The notes below the pieces were generated by a model that had not been told where the DNA came from, did no database searches, and was given only the letters and a program-made list of their open reading frames with translations. Positions 20,774 to 30,291 of a stretch of 64,000 nt of DNA are shown here, one piece after another (positions within the stretch are counted from its first letter, which is position 1; the number at the start of each line of letters is the position of its first letter). The DNA is from Methanobrevibacter sp. (GTDB lineage Archaea > Methanobacteriota > Methanobacteria > Methanobacteriales > Methanobacteriaceae): assembly GCA_017434525.1 (NCBI GenBank), contig JAFRFD010000060.1, positions 2,287 to 66,286 on the forward strand. Direction: 5' to 3'. The position numbers and the translations under genes are program-made.

Positions 20774-21640
20774 ATGCGGTTAGCAGAGGGATGGACAGAT
20801 TATGAATTGATAGATGCTTCTTCAGGTGAACGTCTGGAAAGATGGGGAAATTCGATATTGGTCAGACCTGATCCTCAAGTGATTTGGAATTCAAGCAAGA
20901 CCGATCCTTTATGGGATAAAGCTGATGCTATATATCATAGATCTCACTCCGGAGGTGGAGAGTGGGAATACAATCATTCTCTTCCGAAAGAATGGACGAT
21001 TACATGGAAAGATTTATCATTTTATGTGTCTCCAACCAGTTTTAAGCATACCGGAGTATTTCCAGAACAGTCAGCGAACTGGGCAATATATATCAAGTTG
21101 ATAGAACATGCTGATCGTCCTGTCAAAGTCCTAAATCTTTTTGGATATACAGGAATTGCTACTCTTGCTTGTTTAAAGGCAGGTGCATCTGTATGCCATG
21201 TTGATGCAAGTAAAGGCATGGTTGGACAAGCTAAAAGAAATGCTGTTTTATCGAATTTAGCAGATAGAAATGTCAGATGGATTGTAGATGATTGTAAGAA
21301 ATTCGTTCAGAGGGAATACAGAAGAGGGAATAGATATGATGCAATAATTATGGACCCTCCAAGTTATGGAAGAGGTCCATCCGGAGAAATCTGGAAATTG
21401 GAGAATGATCTATATGAATTCGTTGATGAAAGCATAAAGATTCTGTCTGATGATCCATTATTTGTCGCTATAAACACATATACAACCGGAGTTTCTCCGT
21501 CGTCTATAGGGTATATTTTAAAATCTTTGCTTCCTAATTACTCGTCAAAGATCGAATCTGATGAAATAGGATTAATTGTTAATTCTAATGGGTATGCGCT
21601 CCCATGCGGAAATACCACGCTGCTCATAAATGAGGGATAG
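20774..21640 (+). CDS. RlmI/RlmK-like class I SAM-dependent (rRNA) methyltransferase
   Basis: FKHTGVFPEQ, VLNLFGYTG and MDPPSYG motifs. Confidence 0.85.
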   Translation: MRLAEGWTDYELIDASSGERLERWGNSILVRPDPQVIWNSSKTDPLWDKADAIYHRSHSGGGEWEYNHSLPKEWTITWKDLSFYVSPTSFKHTGVFPEQSANWAIYIKLIEHADRPVKVLNLFGYTGIATLACLKAGASVCHVDASKGMVGQAKRNAVLSNLADRNVRWIVDDCKKFVQREYRRGNRYDAIIMDPPSYGRGPSGEIWKLENDLYEFVDESIKILSDDPLFVAINTYTTGVSPSSIGYILKSLLPNYSSKIESDEIGLIVNSNGYALPCGNTTLLINEG

Positions 21641-22484
21641 TTTGAATAGTATCATTTCTTTTAATAATGTTTCTTTCTCATATCGTCCGGATTCACCGCT
21701 AGTTTTGAATGGTATTTCTGGAGATATTTATGAAGGGGAATTTGTTGCTGTACTTGGCTATAATGGCTCAGGTAAATCTACTATGGCCAAATTGATGAAT
21801 GGTATTCTTCTGCCTAGTTCTGGTGATGTTCTTGTTGATGGCATAAACACAAAAGATGAGTCAAATCTGATAGAGATCAGAAAGAATGTAGGGATGGTGT
21901 TTCAGAACCCTGACAATCAGATTGTTGCTACTATTGTTGAAGAAGATATTGCTTTTGCGCCTGAAAATCTAGGCCTTCCGCAACAAGATATTGAAAAAAG
22001 GGTAACTGATGCAATAGATGCAGTAGGGCTTAATAAGCACAGATTTGATGCTCCGTATAAACTTTCAGGAGGCCAAAAGCAAAGAGTGGCTATTGCTGGA
22101 GTTCTGGCTATGGAGCCAAGATGTATCGTACTGGATGAACCAACTGCTATGCTGGATCCGGTCGGAAGACAGTTAGTCATGAATGTTGTAAAAAAGATCA
22201 ATAAAGAAAAAGGCATAACTATTGTACTGATTACTCATTTCATGGAAGAAGCAGCTTTAGCTGACAGAATAATAGTTCTATCTGATGGTGTTGTTGCTTT
22301 AAACGGAACACCACATGAAGTGTTCAGTGACTACAAGACGATGTTGAATCTTGGACTTGATGTACCTGTATCTACAAGATTAGCAATTGCATTGTCAGAA
22401 AGAGGCATTTCTATGAAGGACAATGCCATTTCTTCAGATGAATTTATTGAATCGTTATCTTCTGCAGTGGAGGTAGAACGATGA
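21630..22484 (+). CDS. ecfA1: ECF transporter ATPase EcfA1
   Basis: GYNGSGKS, VFQNPDNQ, LSGGQ and LDEPTAMLDP motifs. Confidence 0.93.
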   Translation: MRDSLNSIISFNNVSFSYRPDSPLVLNGISGDIYEGEFVAVLGYNGSGKSTMAKLMNGILLPSSGDVLVDGINTKDESNLIEIRKNVGMVFQNPDNQIVATIVEEDIAFAPENLGLPQQDIEKRVTDAIDAVGLNKHRFDAPYKLSGGQKQRVAIAGVLAMEPRCIVLDEPTAMLDPVGRQLVMNVVKKINKEKGITIVLITHFMEEAALADRIIVLSDGVVALNGTPHEVFSDYKTMLNLGLDVPVSTRLAIALSERGISMKDNAISSDEFIESLSSAVEVER

Positions 22485-23359
22485 GTTATATTGAAATGAA
22501 GAATATCGGCTTTACCTATCAAAAAGGAATGCCAGATGAAAAAGTGGCTGTACATAATGCTAATGTCTCTATTGATGAAGGGCAATTTATCGGAATAATT
22601 GGTCACACAGGCAGCGGGAAATCCACTCTTATCCAGATGCTTAATGGATTATTGAAACCTACTACCGGAGAAATAATGATTGACGGTACCAATATTTGGA
22701 ACAGTCCGGAACAAATCGTAAAAACTAGATTTATTGTAGGTCTTGTTATGCAATATCCCGAATATCAGCTGTTTGAGGAAACAGTATATAAGGATATCGC
22801 TTTTGGCCCTAAAAATATGGGACTGTCTGATGAAGAGATAGATGTTCGCATAAGAGAAACATGTAAGTATCTTGATATTCCTGATAGCATTCTTAATTCT
22901 TCACCGTTTGACCTTTCCGGCGGACAAAAAAGAAGAGTAGCAATAGCAGGAATTCTTGCTATGAGACCTAGGATTCTTGTGTTGGATGAGCCTACAGCTG
23001 GTCTTGATCCCCGTGGTAGAAGAGAGTTATTGAACCTTATAAAGAATTATCATGAGTTAGAAAAGAACGTTGTTATATTTGTGTCTCATTCTATGGATGA
23101 TGTTGCTATGTACAGTGACAAAGTATTAGTCATGAATCAAGGGGAGATATTCTGTTTCGATGATGTAAATAATGTCTTCTCCAAAGCTGATGTTCTTCAA
23201 AAAATGGGACTTAATATCCCAGGAGTGACAGAGATACTTCTTCAGTTGAAAAACAGAGGTTTCAATGTGGAAACCTCTATCTATGATGTCGATACTGCAG
23301 CAGATTATATAGTAGATAAATACAAAAAAGGACAGCTAAAATGCGAGATATCACATTAG
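22481..23359 (+). CDS. ecfA2: ECF transporter ATPase EcfA2
   Basis: GHTGSGKS, QYPEYQLFEETV and SPFDLSGGQ motifs. Confidence 0.93.
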   Translation: MSYIEMKNIGFTYQKGMPDEKVAVHNANVSIDEGQFIGIIGHTGSGKSTLIQMLNGLLKPTTGEIMIDGTNIWNSPEQIVKTRFIVGLVMQYPEYQLFEETVYKDIAFGPKNMGLSDEEIDVRIRETCKYLDIPDSILNSSPFDLSGGQKRRVAIAGILAMRPRILVLDEPTAGLDPRGRRELLNLIKNYHELEKNVVIFVSHSMDDVAMYSDKVLVMNQGEIFCFDDVNNVFSKADVLQKMGLNIPGVTEILLQLKNRGFNVETSIYDVDTAADYIVDKYKKGQLKCEISH

Positions 23360-24150
23360 GGCAATACATCAATGGAGATTCAATAATACATAGATTGGAT
23401 CCAAGATTAAAACTTATAGTATCGCTATTATTTATCGTTTTTTTGTTTATTATCAAAACACCTGTTGTTATGACAATAGTGTTTTGCTTAATTTTGCTAT
23501 TGTATAAATTAATCAGAATTCCTATCAAGATGCTGCTTGTGAGTATTAAGCCTGTCTTGCCTGTGATTTTATTTACTTCAGCATTGAATATGTTTTTTGT
23601 TGCAGGAAATCCTGTTTTAAGTTTTGGAAAAGTTTCTATAAGTGATCGAGGCATTATATTTGCCTTTATGCTATCTTTAAGAATCATTGTACTACTGGCA
23701 GGTACATCTTTATTAACATATACAACTACTCCTATACAGTTGACTGGAGCGATAGAGTCGATATTTAGCCCGTTACATAAAATCGGTTTTCCTGTTGAAG
23801 AACTAGCTATGATGATGACAATTGCTTTACGTTTTATCCCTACATTGATGAATGAGACTGATAAGACGATCTCTGCTCAAAAGTCTAGAGGCGCAGATAT
23901 GGAAACCGGTAATTTTATTCAAAGAATAAAAGCATTGACTCCTATACTGATTCCTCTGTTTATTTCTGCATTTAGACGTGCAGACGAGTTAGCACTAGCG
24001 ATGGAGTGCAGGTGTTATAACTCTGAAGGGAAGAGAACAAAACTGCATGAACTGAAATATGGAAAAAATGATTTGATTGCTGCTTTGTGTTCTATTTCAG
24101 TTATTCTGATTATGAGCTTCATAGATTGGAGAATGAATGCAGCAATATAA
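23341..24150 (+). CDS. ecfT: ECF transporter transmembrane component EcfT
   Basis: LDPRLKL, IALRFIPTL, AQKSRG and AMECRCY motifs. Confidence 0.93.
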   Translation: MRDITLGQYINGDSIIHRLDPRLKLIVSLLFIVFLFIIKTPVVMTIVFCLILLLYKLIRIPIKMLLVSIKPVLPVILFTSALNMFFVAGNPVLSFGKVSISDRGIIFAFMLSLRIIVLLAGTSLLTYTTTPIQLTGAIESIFSPLHKIGFPVEELAMMMTIALRFIPTLMNETDKTISAQKSRGADMETGNFIQRIKALTPILIPLFISAFRRADELALAMECRCYNSEGKRTKLHELKYGKNDLIAALCSISVILIMSFIDWRMNAAI

Positions 24151-24880
24151 CTATTTGTTAACAATATCTTTCCTTGGAACGAATTATCATGGATCACAGA
24201 TTCAGAACAACGCTGTAACAGTTCAGCAAACACTTCAGAATGCTCTGTATGATATCTTATCATCCGACACTGAGGTAAAATTCTGTTCCAGAACAGATTC
24301 TGGTGTACATGCTTTTATGTTTTGCCTTTCTTTTTTTAGCCCAAAAGAATTAACGGAACACTCTTTTTTATCGAGATTAAATCATTTATTGCCTGCAGAT
24401 ATCAGAGCTGTATCATTGAAAAAAGTACCTTTAGATTTCCATGCCAGATACTCTTCTGTAGGAAAGAAATATGAGTATTATATTTGGACTGGAAAAGCAA
24501 TGTCACCTTTCTGGGAAGGTCGGGCTTTATATATTCATAATGGACTTGATATTCAGGCGATGCAAAATGTAGCATCACACTTAATAGGTACACACGATTT
24601 TAGTTCATTTACATCACGCAAATGCTCAGTAGATGACAAAATCAGAACTATATTTGACATAAGTATTGAGTGTAAAGAGAGTGAGCTTTACATTATTGGT
24701 ATACATGCTGATGGTTTTCTATATAATATGGCGCGTATTCTCGTTGGAGCATTGATTCAATGCAGCAGGGGAAAAATTACCCCTGATGATATCGATGAAT
24801 ATCTTAATGGCAGAAAAAGAGATAATCTTCTGATTACTGTTCCTGCATACGGGCTATATTTGAAGGAGGTATATTACTAA
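24137..24880 (+). CDS. truA: tRNA pseudouridine(38-40) synthase
   Basis: SRTDSGVHA, FHARY, GTHDF and GFLYNMAR motifs. Confidence 0.95.
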   Translation: MQQYNYLLTISFLGTNYHGSQIQNNAVTVQQTLQNALYDILSSDTEVKFCSRTDSGVHAFMFCLSFFSPKELTEHSFLSRLNHLLPADIRAVSLKKVPLDFHARYSSVGKKYEYYIWTGKAMSPFWEGRALYIHNGLDIQAMQNVASHLIGTHDFSSFTSRKCSVDDKIRTIFDISIECKESELYIIGIHADGFLYNMARILVGALIQCSRGKITPDDIDEYLNGRKRDNLLITVPAYGLYLKEVYY

Positions 24881-24881
24881 G

Positions 24882-26066
24882 TTGGCATTTTCTAAACTGG
24901 ACGAGATTACATCTGCCAGAAGACAAAGAACGAATCGCATTAGAAGAAAAAGGTTTACTGTTTTTCTTGTGATCACTCTTTGTCTTGTTCTTATATATCT
25001 TCTTGTAACTTCTTACTCAGAAGTTACTACCAGTGATGCAAAAGATTTTATTAATACTGCATTGGCATCTGGTTCATACCCTGTGAATATCGATGAAAAT
25101 GTTAAGATGGTGGATACTTTAAACTCATCTGTTGCTTTGCTGACAACTTCACAACTTATAACTGTTAAAGGAAGCGGATCAGTAATATTTACAACATTTC
25201 ATGGGTTGACTAATGCTGAATTAACATCACAATCAAACAGAATAGTGGTTTTCAGTCAGTCTGGTAAAAGCTATAAAGTCTATAACAGATCAAAGTTACT
25301 TTATTCCGGAAATACAGATTATGAGATAGCTGGTGCAGCTGTTTTGCCTTCTGCCAGATACTGTATTTTGACACGTGGCAATGAATTCACATCGGAATTA
25401 CATGTATTTAATAAAGACACTACAAAAAGATTTACATGGTATGGTACCGATGGCTTTCCTATGGATGTTATTTCTTCAACTACAGACGATAAAGTTATAG
25501 TACTATCTGTAAAAGGTTCAGAGGGAAGAATTATTACAGTTATTACTATGATAGATATATCAACTCAAAAGGAAGTAATGAATGTCTCTGTTGAAGGACT
25601 TCTTGTTGACGCGTTTTTAGACGGGGATACCATAACTGTCGTATTAGATACCGAAACTGTACTTATTGATAGCAAGGGATCTATAACTGAAAGATTTTCT
25701 TATGATGGTCGACAACTGCTAAAAGTATCCAGACAGGAAGGAAATAATCTTGTTCTTTGTTTTGGTGATAATATGCGTTCGGAAATGAACTCTTTTGTTA
25801 TCCTTAATAAAAAACTTCATGTCTCAGGCACGGTGAATTTCCATAAGGAAATACATGGTGTTTGGGCAGATTCAGATGAAGTGTTTATATTATCAAGAGG
25901 TGAAGTAGACGCGTATTCTATGCAGGGTACACTAAAACGTGCATACAAGTGCGGGACGTCTGCTTATGGAATATATGAATGGGGAGGTCCTGTAGTCTTT
26001 GAGTCAAGGTATGCTGTCAAATTGACTGAATCTGTTGGCCCGGGACAGAATGATAAAAATGAGTGA
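24882..26066 (+). CDS. Membrane-anchored beta-rich protein, DUF5711-like
   Basis: Basic N-terminus, one TM, then propeller-like beta repeats; GGAGG SD and TTG start. Family assignment is from recall only. Confidence 0.6.
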   Translation: MAFSKLDEITSARRQRTNRIRRKRFTVFLVITLCLVLIYLLVTSYSEVTTSDAKDFINTALASGSYPVNIDENVKMVDTLNSSVALLTTSQLITVKGSGSVIFTTFHGLTNAELTSQSNRIVVFSQSGKSYKVYNRSKLLYSGNTDYEIAGAAVLPSARYCILTRGNEFTSELHVFNKDTTKRFTWYGTDGFPMDVISSTTDDKVIVLSVKGSEGRIITVITMIDISTQKEVMNVSVEGLLVDAFLDGDTITVVLDTETVLIDSKGSITERFSYDGRQLLKVSRQEGNNLVLCFGDNMRSEMNSFVILNKKLHVSGTVNFHKEIHGVWADSDEVFILSRGEVDAYSMQGTLKRAYKCGTSAYGIYEWGGPVVFESRYAVKLTESVGPGQNDKNE

Positions 26067-26724
26067 TATTTTAGATAAAATTAATATCTATGATGTGATA
26101 TTTGTTGTTACAGTCCTTGTTTCTTTTTTGATCAGTTACAAAAACGGTTTTTTGTATTCGATCGTAAGTTTATTTAAAGTTATCGGTTCAGCTATAGGTG
26201 CAGGTTATATAAGTAAAAAATATGCACTGTATGTGTATGAAAAATTCTTTAAAGATGCGCTGGTTTCTAAAGTAGCTCAAAAACTAGCTGATTTCCGTGA
26301 TGGTATTATTAATTCTTTCGGCCAGGATGTGTTGGGTAAAGCAATTTCAGATTACTTAAACAAGACTGCTTTAGGAAGCGACCTTGATCAGATATCTGAG
26401 ACTATAGTTAACGAAAGCGTACAGAATACAGTGGTTTCTGGTTTTCAGATTATTATATTCATTATTGTGTTTTTAATTCTCATAGTACTTGTTTCTTTTT
26501 TGCAAAATATTTTGCTGCATACAAATGATGTTCCTGTATTAGGTTTTATGAATCAGTTGCTTGGGGGAGTATTCGGAGCATTTATAGGACTGATCATCCT
26601 TTACTTATTATCAATGGTCCTTAGTATTCTCGTAGAGTATAATGCTCCGTATATTTATCAAAAAGAAATAATGAGTTCATATTTATTTAGTATTATTTAT
26701 AAAATCAATCCGTTCTTTAAGTAG
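26059..26724 (+). CDS. CvpA family membrane protein
   Basis: D....V...SF..SYKNGF at the N-terminus and NQLLGGVFGAFIG near the C-terminus. Confidence 0.75.
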   Translation: MSDILDKINIYDVIFVVTVLVSFLISYKNGFLYSIVSLFKVIGSAIGAGYISKKYALYVYEKFFKDALVSKVAQKLADFRDGIINSFGQDVLGKAISDYLNKTALGSDLDQISETIVNESVQNTVVSGFQIIIFIIVFLILIVLVSFLQNILLHTNDVPVLGFMNQLLGGVFGAFIGLIILYLLSMVLSILVEYNAPYIYQKEIMSSYLFSIIYKINPFFK

Positions 26725-26732
26725 GTGTAAAA

Positions 26733-28970
26733 ATGCTTTGTTCCAGATGTAAGCAACGACCTGCCGTAATGTTTATTACAAAGGTCGAAGGCGATAAAAC
26801 TACAAATGAAGGTTTATGTCTAGTGTGTGCAAAAGAACTTGGACTGAAACCTGTCGATGATATATTGAAAAAATTTGGTATTTCTGATGATGATATAGAA
26901 TCCTTTTCAGAGCAGATGGGTATGATCAGCCCTGGTGACGAAGACGATTTTGAACAAGGAGGTACTCCTACTTTTCCGTCTCTTTTCGGTAATTTATTTA
27001 ATAATAATCAGCCTAAAAATAATCAAATTGACGAGAAAAACAATCATCAGAAAAAAGACAGCAAATTAAAATATCTGAATACGTACTGTGATAATCTAAC
27101 TCAGAAAGCCAGAGATGGTAAGCTTGATAGGATAATTGGAAGAGAGAAAGAGATATCAAGGACTGTTCAGATTCTTTGTAGACGCCAGAAGAACAATCCA
27201 TGCTTGATTGGAGAAGCTGGTGTCGGTAAAACAGCTATAGCAGAAGGAATAGCGTTACAAATTGCTTCAGGAAACGTTCCGGAAAAGTTAAAGGAAAAAG
27301 AAGTTTATCTTCTTGATTTAACTGCGCTTGTCGCTGGAACACAATTCAGAGGTCAGTTTGAAAGCAGAGTTAAAGGCCTAATCAATGAAGTCGTTAACGC
27401 TGGAAACATAATCCTGTTTATCGATGAAGTCCATAATCTTACGGGTGCAGGTGATGCGGATGGAGCTATGAGCGCTTCCAATATTCTTAAACCCGCTCTT
27501 TCTAGAGGAGAAATTCAGGTTATCGGCGCAACTACATTTTCTGAATATCGTAAATATATAGAAAAAGATCAAGCTTTAGAGAGACGTTTTCAGCCTGTAA
27601 AAATAGAAGAACCATCTATTGATGATTGCATTGAAGTTCTTCTTGGTATTAAAGAATACTATGAAGATTTCCATCATGTTAAAGTGAGTGAAGACATCAT
27701 AAGAAAGATGGTCATACTTTCTGAAAGATATATTTCAGACAGGTATCTGCCAGATAAAGCCATAGATCTTCTTGATGAGGCTTGCACATGCGCTTCTTTG
27801 GAATCAGAAATAATAAATCAATACAATAAGATAAATGAAGAGATAGATAATACAAACTCTCTGATTCAAAAAGCAAACGATGAAGTTGATCCTAACTATG
27901 AGGAAATTGCTAATCTAAGAAGCGAGCTGATAAAACTTGAGGACAAAAAGGATTCTATTCAGTATTCGTATGACCATGTAGAAGTTACTCTTGAACATGT
28001 AGCATATGTTATTGAATTATGGACAGGTATTCCATCCTCATTTGTTAAAACAGATGAAATAAGTCAGATCAATAATCTTGAATCATCTTTGCGTTCCAGA
28101 ATAATTGGCCAGGATGAAGCAGTTTCTAAAGTTGTAAAAGCAATTAAACGGACAAGGCTAGGATTAAACGGACATGACAGACCTGCTTCATTCATTTTCG
28201 TCGGTCCTACTGGTGTTGGAAAGACTGAATTAGCAAAAGTTATCGGATTTACATTGTTTGATAAGGTTGATCCTATTATTCGGATCGACATGTCAGAGTA
28301 TATGGAAAAGCATACTGTAAGTAAGCTTATCGGTTCTCCTCCTGGCTATGTCGGTTATGATGAGGCTGGACAACTTACGGAAAAAGTAAGAAGAAGACCT
28401 TATAGTGTTGTTTTGTTTGATGAGATTGAAAAAGCTCATCCGGATGTACTTAATATACTTTTACAGATTCTTGATGATGGAAAAATAACTGATTCACAGG
28501 GAAGAACTGTTAATTTCGAACATACAATAGTTATTATGACCAGTAATGCTGGTTCAGCAGATAAAACAGGGTTAGCAGGATTTGGTCAAAGCATCGAAGA
28601 AATTAATAACGAAAAGATGCTGAAAGCACTTAAGGATTTCTTAAGACCTGAATTCATCGCCAGAGTAGATGAAGTCATAGTATTTAATACATTGAACGAT
28701 GAAGATATGGTCAAGATAGCTGATCTTATGATAAAAGAAGTTTCTGAAAAACTACTTGAAAGAAATATCAGCTTATCATATTCAGATGCAGTTCTTGAGT
28801 ATCTTGTTTCTCTTGCAGGTTCCAGACTATATGGAGCAAGAGATTTGAGGCAGACCATAAGACGTGAGATAGAAGATAAGGTAACTGATCTTATTCTCGA
28901 AAACGACAATGTAATCAGCAAAATAAGTGTAGATATGATAGATGGAAAAATAGTATTTACTGTTTCATAA
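26733..28970 (+). CDS. ATP-dependent Clp ATPase (ClpC/ClpE-like) with an N-terminal zinc finger
   Basis: CSRC...CLVC N-terminus; two AAA+ modules (GEAGVGKT, GPTGVGKT); GSPPGYVGY; AGF ClpP-docking-like loop. Confidence 0.9.
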   Translation: MLCSRCKQRPAVMFITKVEGDKTTNEGLCLVCAKELGLKPVDDILKKFGISDDDIESFSEQMGMISPGDEDDFEQGGTPTFPSLFGNLFNNNQPKNNQIDEKNNHQKKDSKLKYLNTYCDNLTQKARDGKLDRIIGREKEISRTVQILCRRQKNNPCLIGEAGVGKTAIAEGIALQIASGNVPEKLKEKEVYLLDLTALVAGTQFRGQFESRVKGLINEVVNAGNIILFIDEVHNLTGAGDADGAMSASNILKPALSRGEIQVIGATTFSEYRKYIEKDQALERRFQPVKIEEPSIDDCIEVLLGIKEYYEDFHHVKVSEDIIRKMVILSERYISDRYLPDKAIDLLDEACTCASLESEIINQYNKINEEIDNTNSLIQKANDEVDPNYEEIANLRSELIKLEDKKDSIQYSYDHVEVTLEHVAYVIELWTGIPSSFVKTDEISQINNLESSLRSRIIGQDEAVSKVVKAIKRTRLGLNGHDRPASFIFVGPTGVGKTELAKVIGFTLFDKVDPIIRIDMSEYMEKHTVSKLIGSPPGYVGYDEAGQLTEKVRRRPYSVVLFDEIEKAHPDVLNILLQILDDGKITDSQGRTVNFEHTIVIMTSNAGSADKTGLAGFGQSIEEINNEKMLKALKDFLRPEFIARVDEVIVFNTLNDEDMVKIADLMIKEVSEKLLERNISLSYSDAVLEYLVSLAGSRLYGARDLRQTIRREIEDKVTDLILENDNVISKISVDMIDGKIVFTVS

Positions 28971-28981
28971 ATTGCTAGATA

Positions 28982-29014
28982 AAAAAAAGCAGACTCAAAA
29001 CGAGTCTGCTTTTT
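28982..29014. terminator. Bidirectional terminator between the Clp ATPase and rpsR
   Basis: AAAAAGCAGACTC-N5-GAGTCTGCTTTTT. Confidence 0.88.
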
Positions 29015-29036
29015 GAATAGTGCATGATTTAACTGA

Positions 29037-29363
29037 TTAGTCGCTTACATATGGAAGCAAAGCAATCTGTCTTGCGCGTTTAATTGCAGTTGTAAGCTCA
29101 CGCTGATGACGAGCACATGTTCCAGTCATGCGGCGGGGAAGGATCTTTCCTCTTTCAGAAATAAACTTTCTCAGCTGAGCTGGATTTTTATAATCGATAA
29201 CTGCATCACGTTCTGTACAAAATGCACATACTTTACGACGGCGCTGACGGTTTACGGGGCGCTGAGGACGTTCTGAACGTTCAGTTCTTTCCGGTCTTTC
29301 AGCTCTTTCAGTAGTCTCAACAACTTCTGTTTCCTGGACTACAGTGTTCTCATTATTTTCCAT
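29037..29363 (-). CDS. rpsR: 30S ribosomal protein S18 with an N-terminal extension
   Basis: CAFC, IDYKN, GKILPRR.TG.C..HQR and ALLPY motifs. Confidence 0.97.
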   Translation of the reverse strand: MENNENTVVQETEVVETTERAERPERTERSERPQRPVNRQRRRKVCAFCTERDAVIDYKNPAQLRKFISERGKILPRRMTGTCARHQRELTTAIKRARQIALLPYVSD

Positions 29364-29385
29364 TTATTACTCCTTAAACAAATGA

Positions 29386-29838
29386 TTAGAATGGAAGGTC
29401 TTCATCGTTAGAGATGATAGTAAAATCATCCGGAGTGCCAGAAGAGTATGAGGGCTTCTCTGACGGAGCATCATCTTCATATGAAGGAGCATTATATCCG
29501 CTATTGCCCTGAGAAGTGCCTCTGCTTTCAGTGAAATATACATTATCGGCAACTACTTCGAACGCTTTACGATTCTTACCTTCTTTATCGGTATAATTTC
29601 TTGTTTGAATCGATCCTGTAACTGCCATCATCTGACCTTTTTTAAAATAGCGGCAGATGAATTCTGCTGTGCTTCTCCAAGCTACGACATCAATAAAATC
29701 TGCTTGTCTTTCTGCACCTTGTTTGACGTAGGAGCGATTAACAGCAAGAGTAAATGTTGTTACAGCGATGTCATTAGGGGTATGTCTTAACTCAGGGTCT
29801 GCAGTAAGACGTCCCATTAAAGATACTTGATTAAGCAT
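29386..29838 (-). CDS. ssb: Single-stranded DNA-binding protein
   Basis: GRLTADPELR, ADFI and C-terminal DLPF. Confidence 0.97.
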   Translation of the reverse strand: MLNQVSLMGRLTADPELRHTPNDIAVTTFTLAVNRSYVKQGAERQADFIDVVAWRSTAEFICRYFKKGQMMAVTGSIQTRNYTDKEGKNRKAFEVVADNVYFTESRGTSQGNSGYNAPSYEDDAPSEKPSYSSGTPDDFTIISNDEDLPF

Positions 29839-29853
29839 GTTAATCTCCTTTTG

Positions 29854-30141
29854 TTACTGATCTTTACGTACTACTATCGTGCGAAGTAATCCGTCGGTAA
29901 TTGCATACAAACGGTTGAGCTCAGAGATGAAACTAGTTTCAGCTGAAAAATTCACTAAATAATAGTTTCCATCTTTTTCATCATTGATTTCGTAAGCAAG
30001 ACGGCGCTTGCCCCAAGCTTCTACTGACTCTACAACGCCATTAGCGTTAATAAGATCAGTGAATCTGGTAACAAGAGCATTGCTGGCTTCTTCATCAAGA
30101 TTCGTGCTCAAAACCAAAATGGTTTCGTATTTAGCCTGCAT
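29854..30141 (-). CDS. rpsF: 30S ribosomal protein S6
   Basis: KYET and WGKRRLAYEI motifs; AGGAGG SD before the ATG at 30141. Confidence 0.97.
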   Translation of the reverse strand: MQAKYETILVLSTNLDEEASNALVTRFTDLINANGVVESVEAWGKRRLAYEINDEKDGNYYLVNFSAETSFISELNRLYAITDGLLRTIVVRKDQ

Positions 30142-30147
30142 GATTTT

Positions 30148-30192
30148 TCCTCCTTTTGGACTTCCGGCCCGACTAGCGGGCAAGGATATGAT
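30148..30192 (-). promoter_or_regulatory. S6:S18 ribosomal leader
   Basis: Minus strand ATCCTTGCCCGCTAGTCGGGCCGGAAGTCCAAAAGGAGG: TCCTT pairs with the SD and an unpaired CC precedes it. Promoter TTGACA-17-TAGAAT at 30243..30215. Confidence 0.75.
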
Positions 30193-30291
30193 ATGTGTCA
30201 AACGACATCATATAATTCTATTTATAAACTATTTGATTGTCAAGTAAATTTATTACTTATTTAGTTATGTATAAAGAATATATTTATAAAA

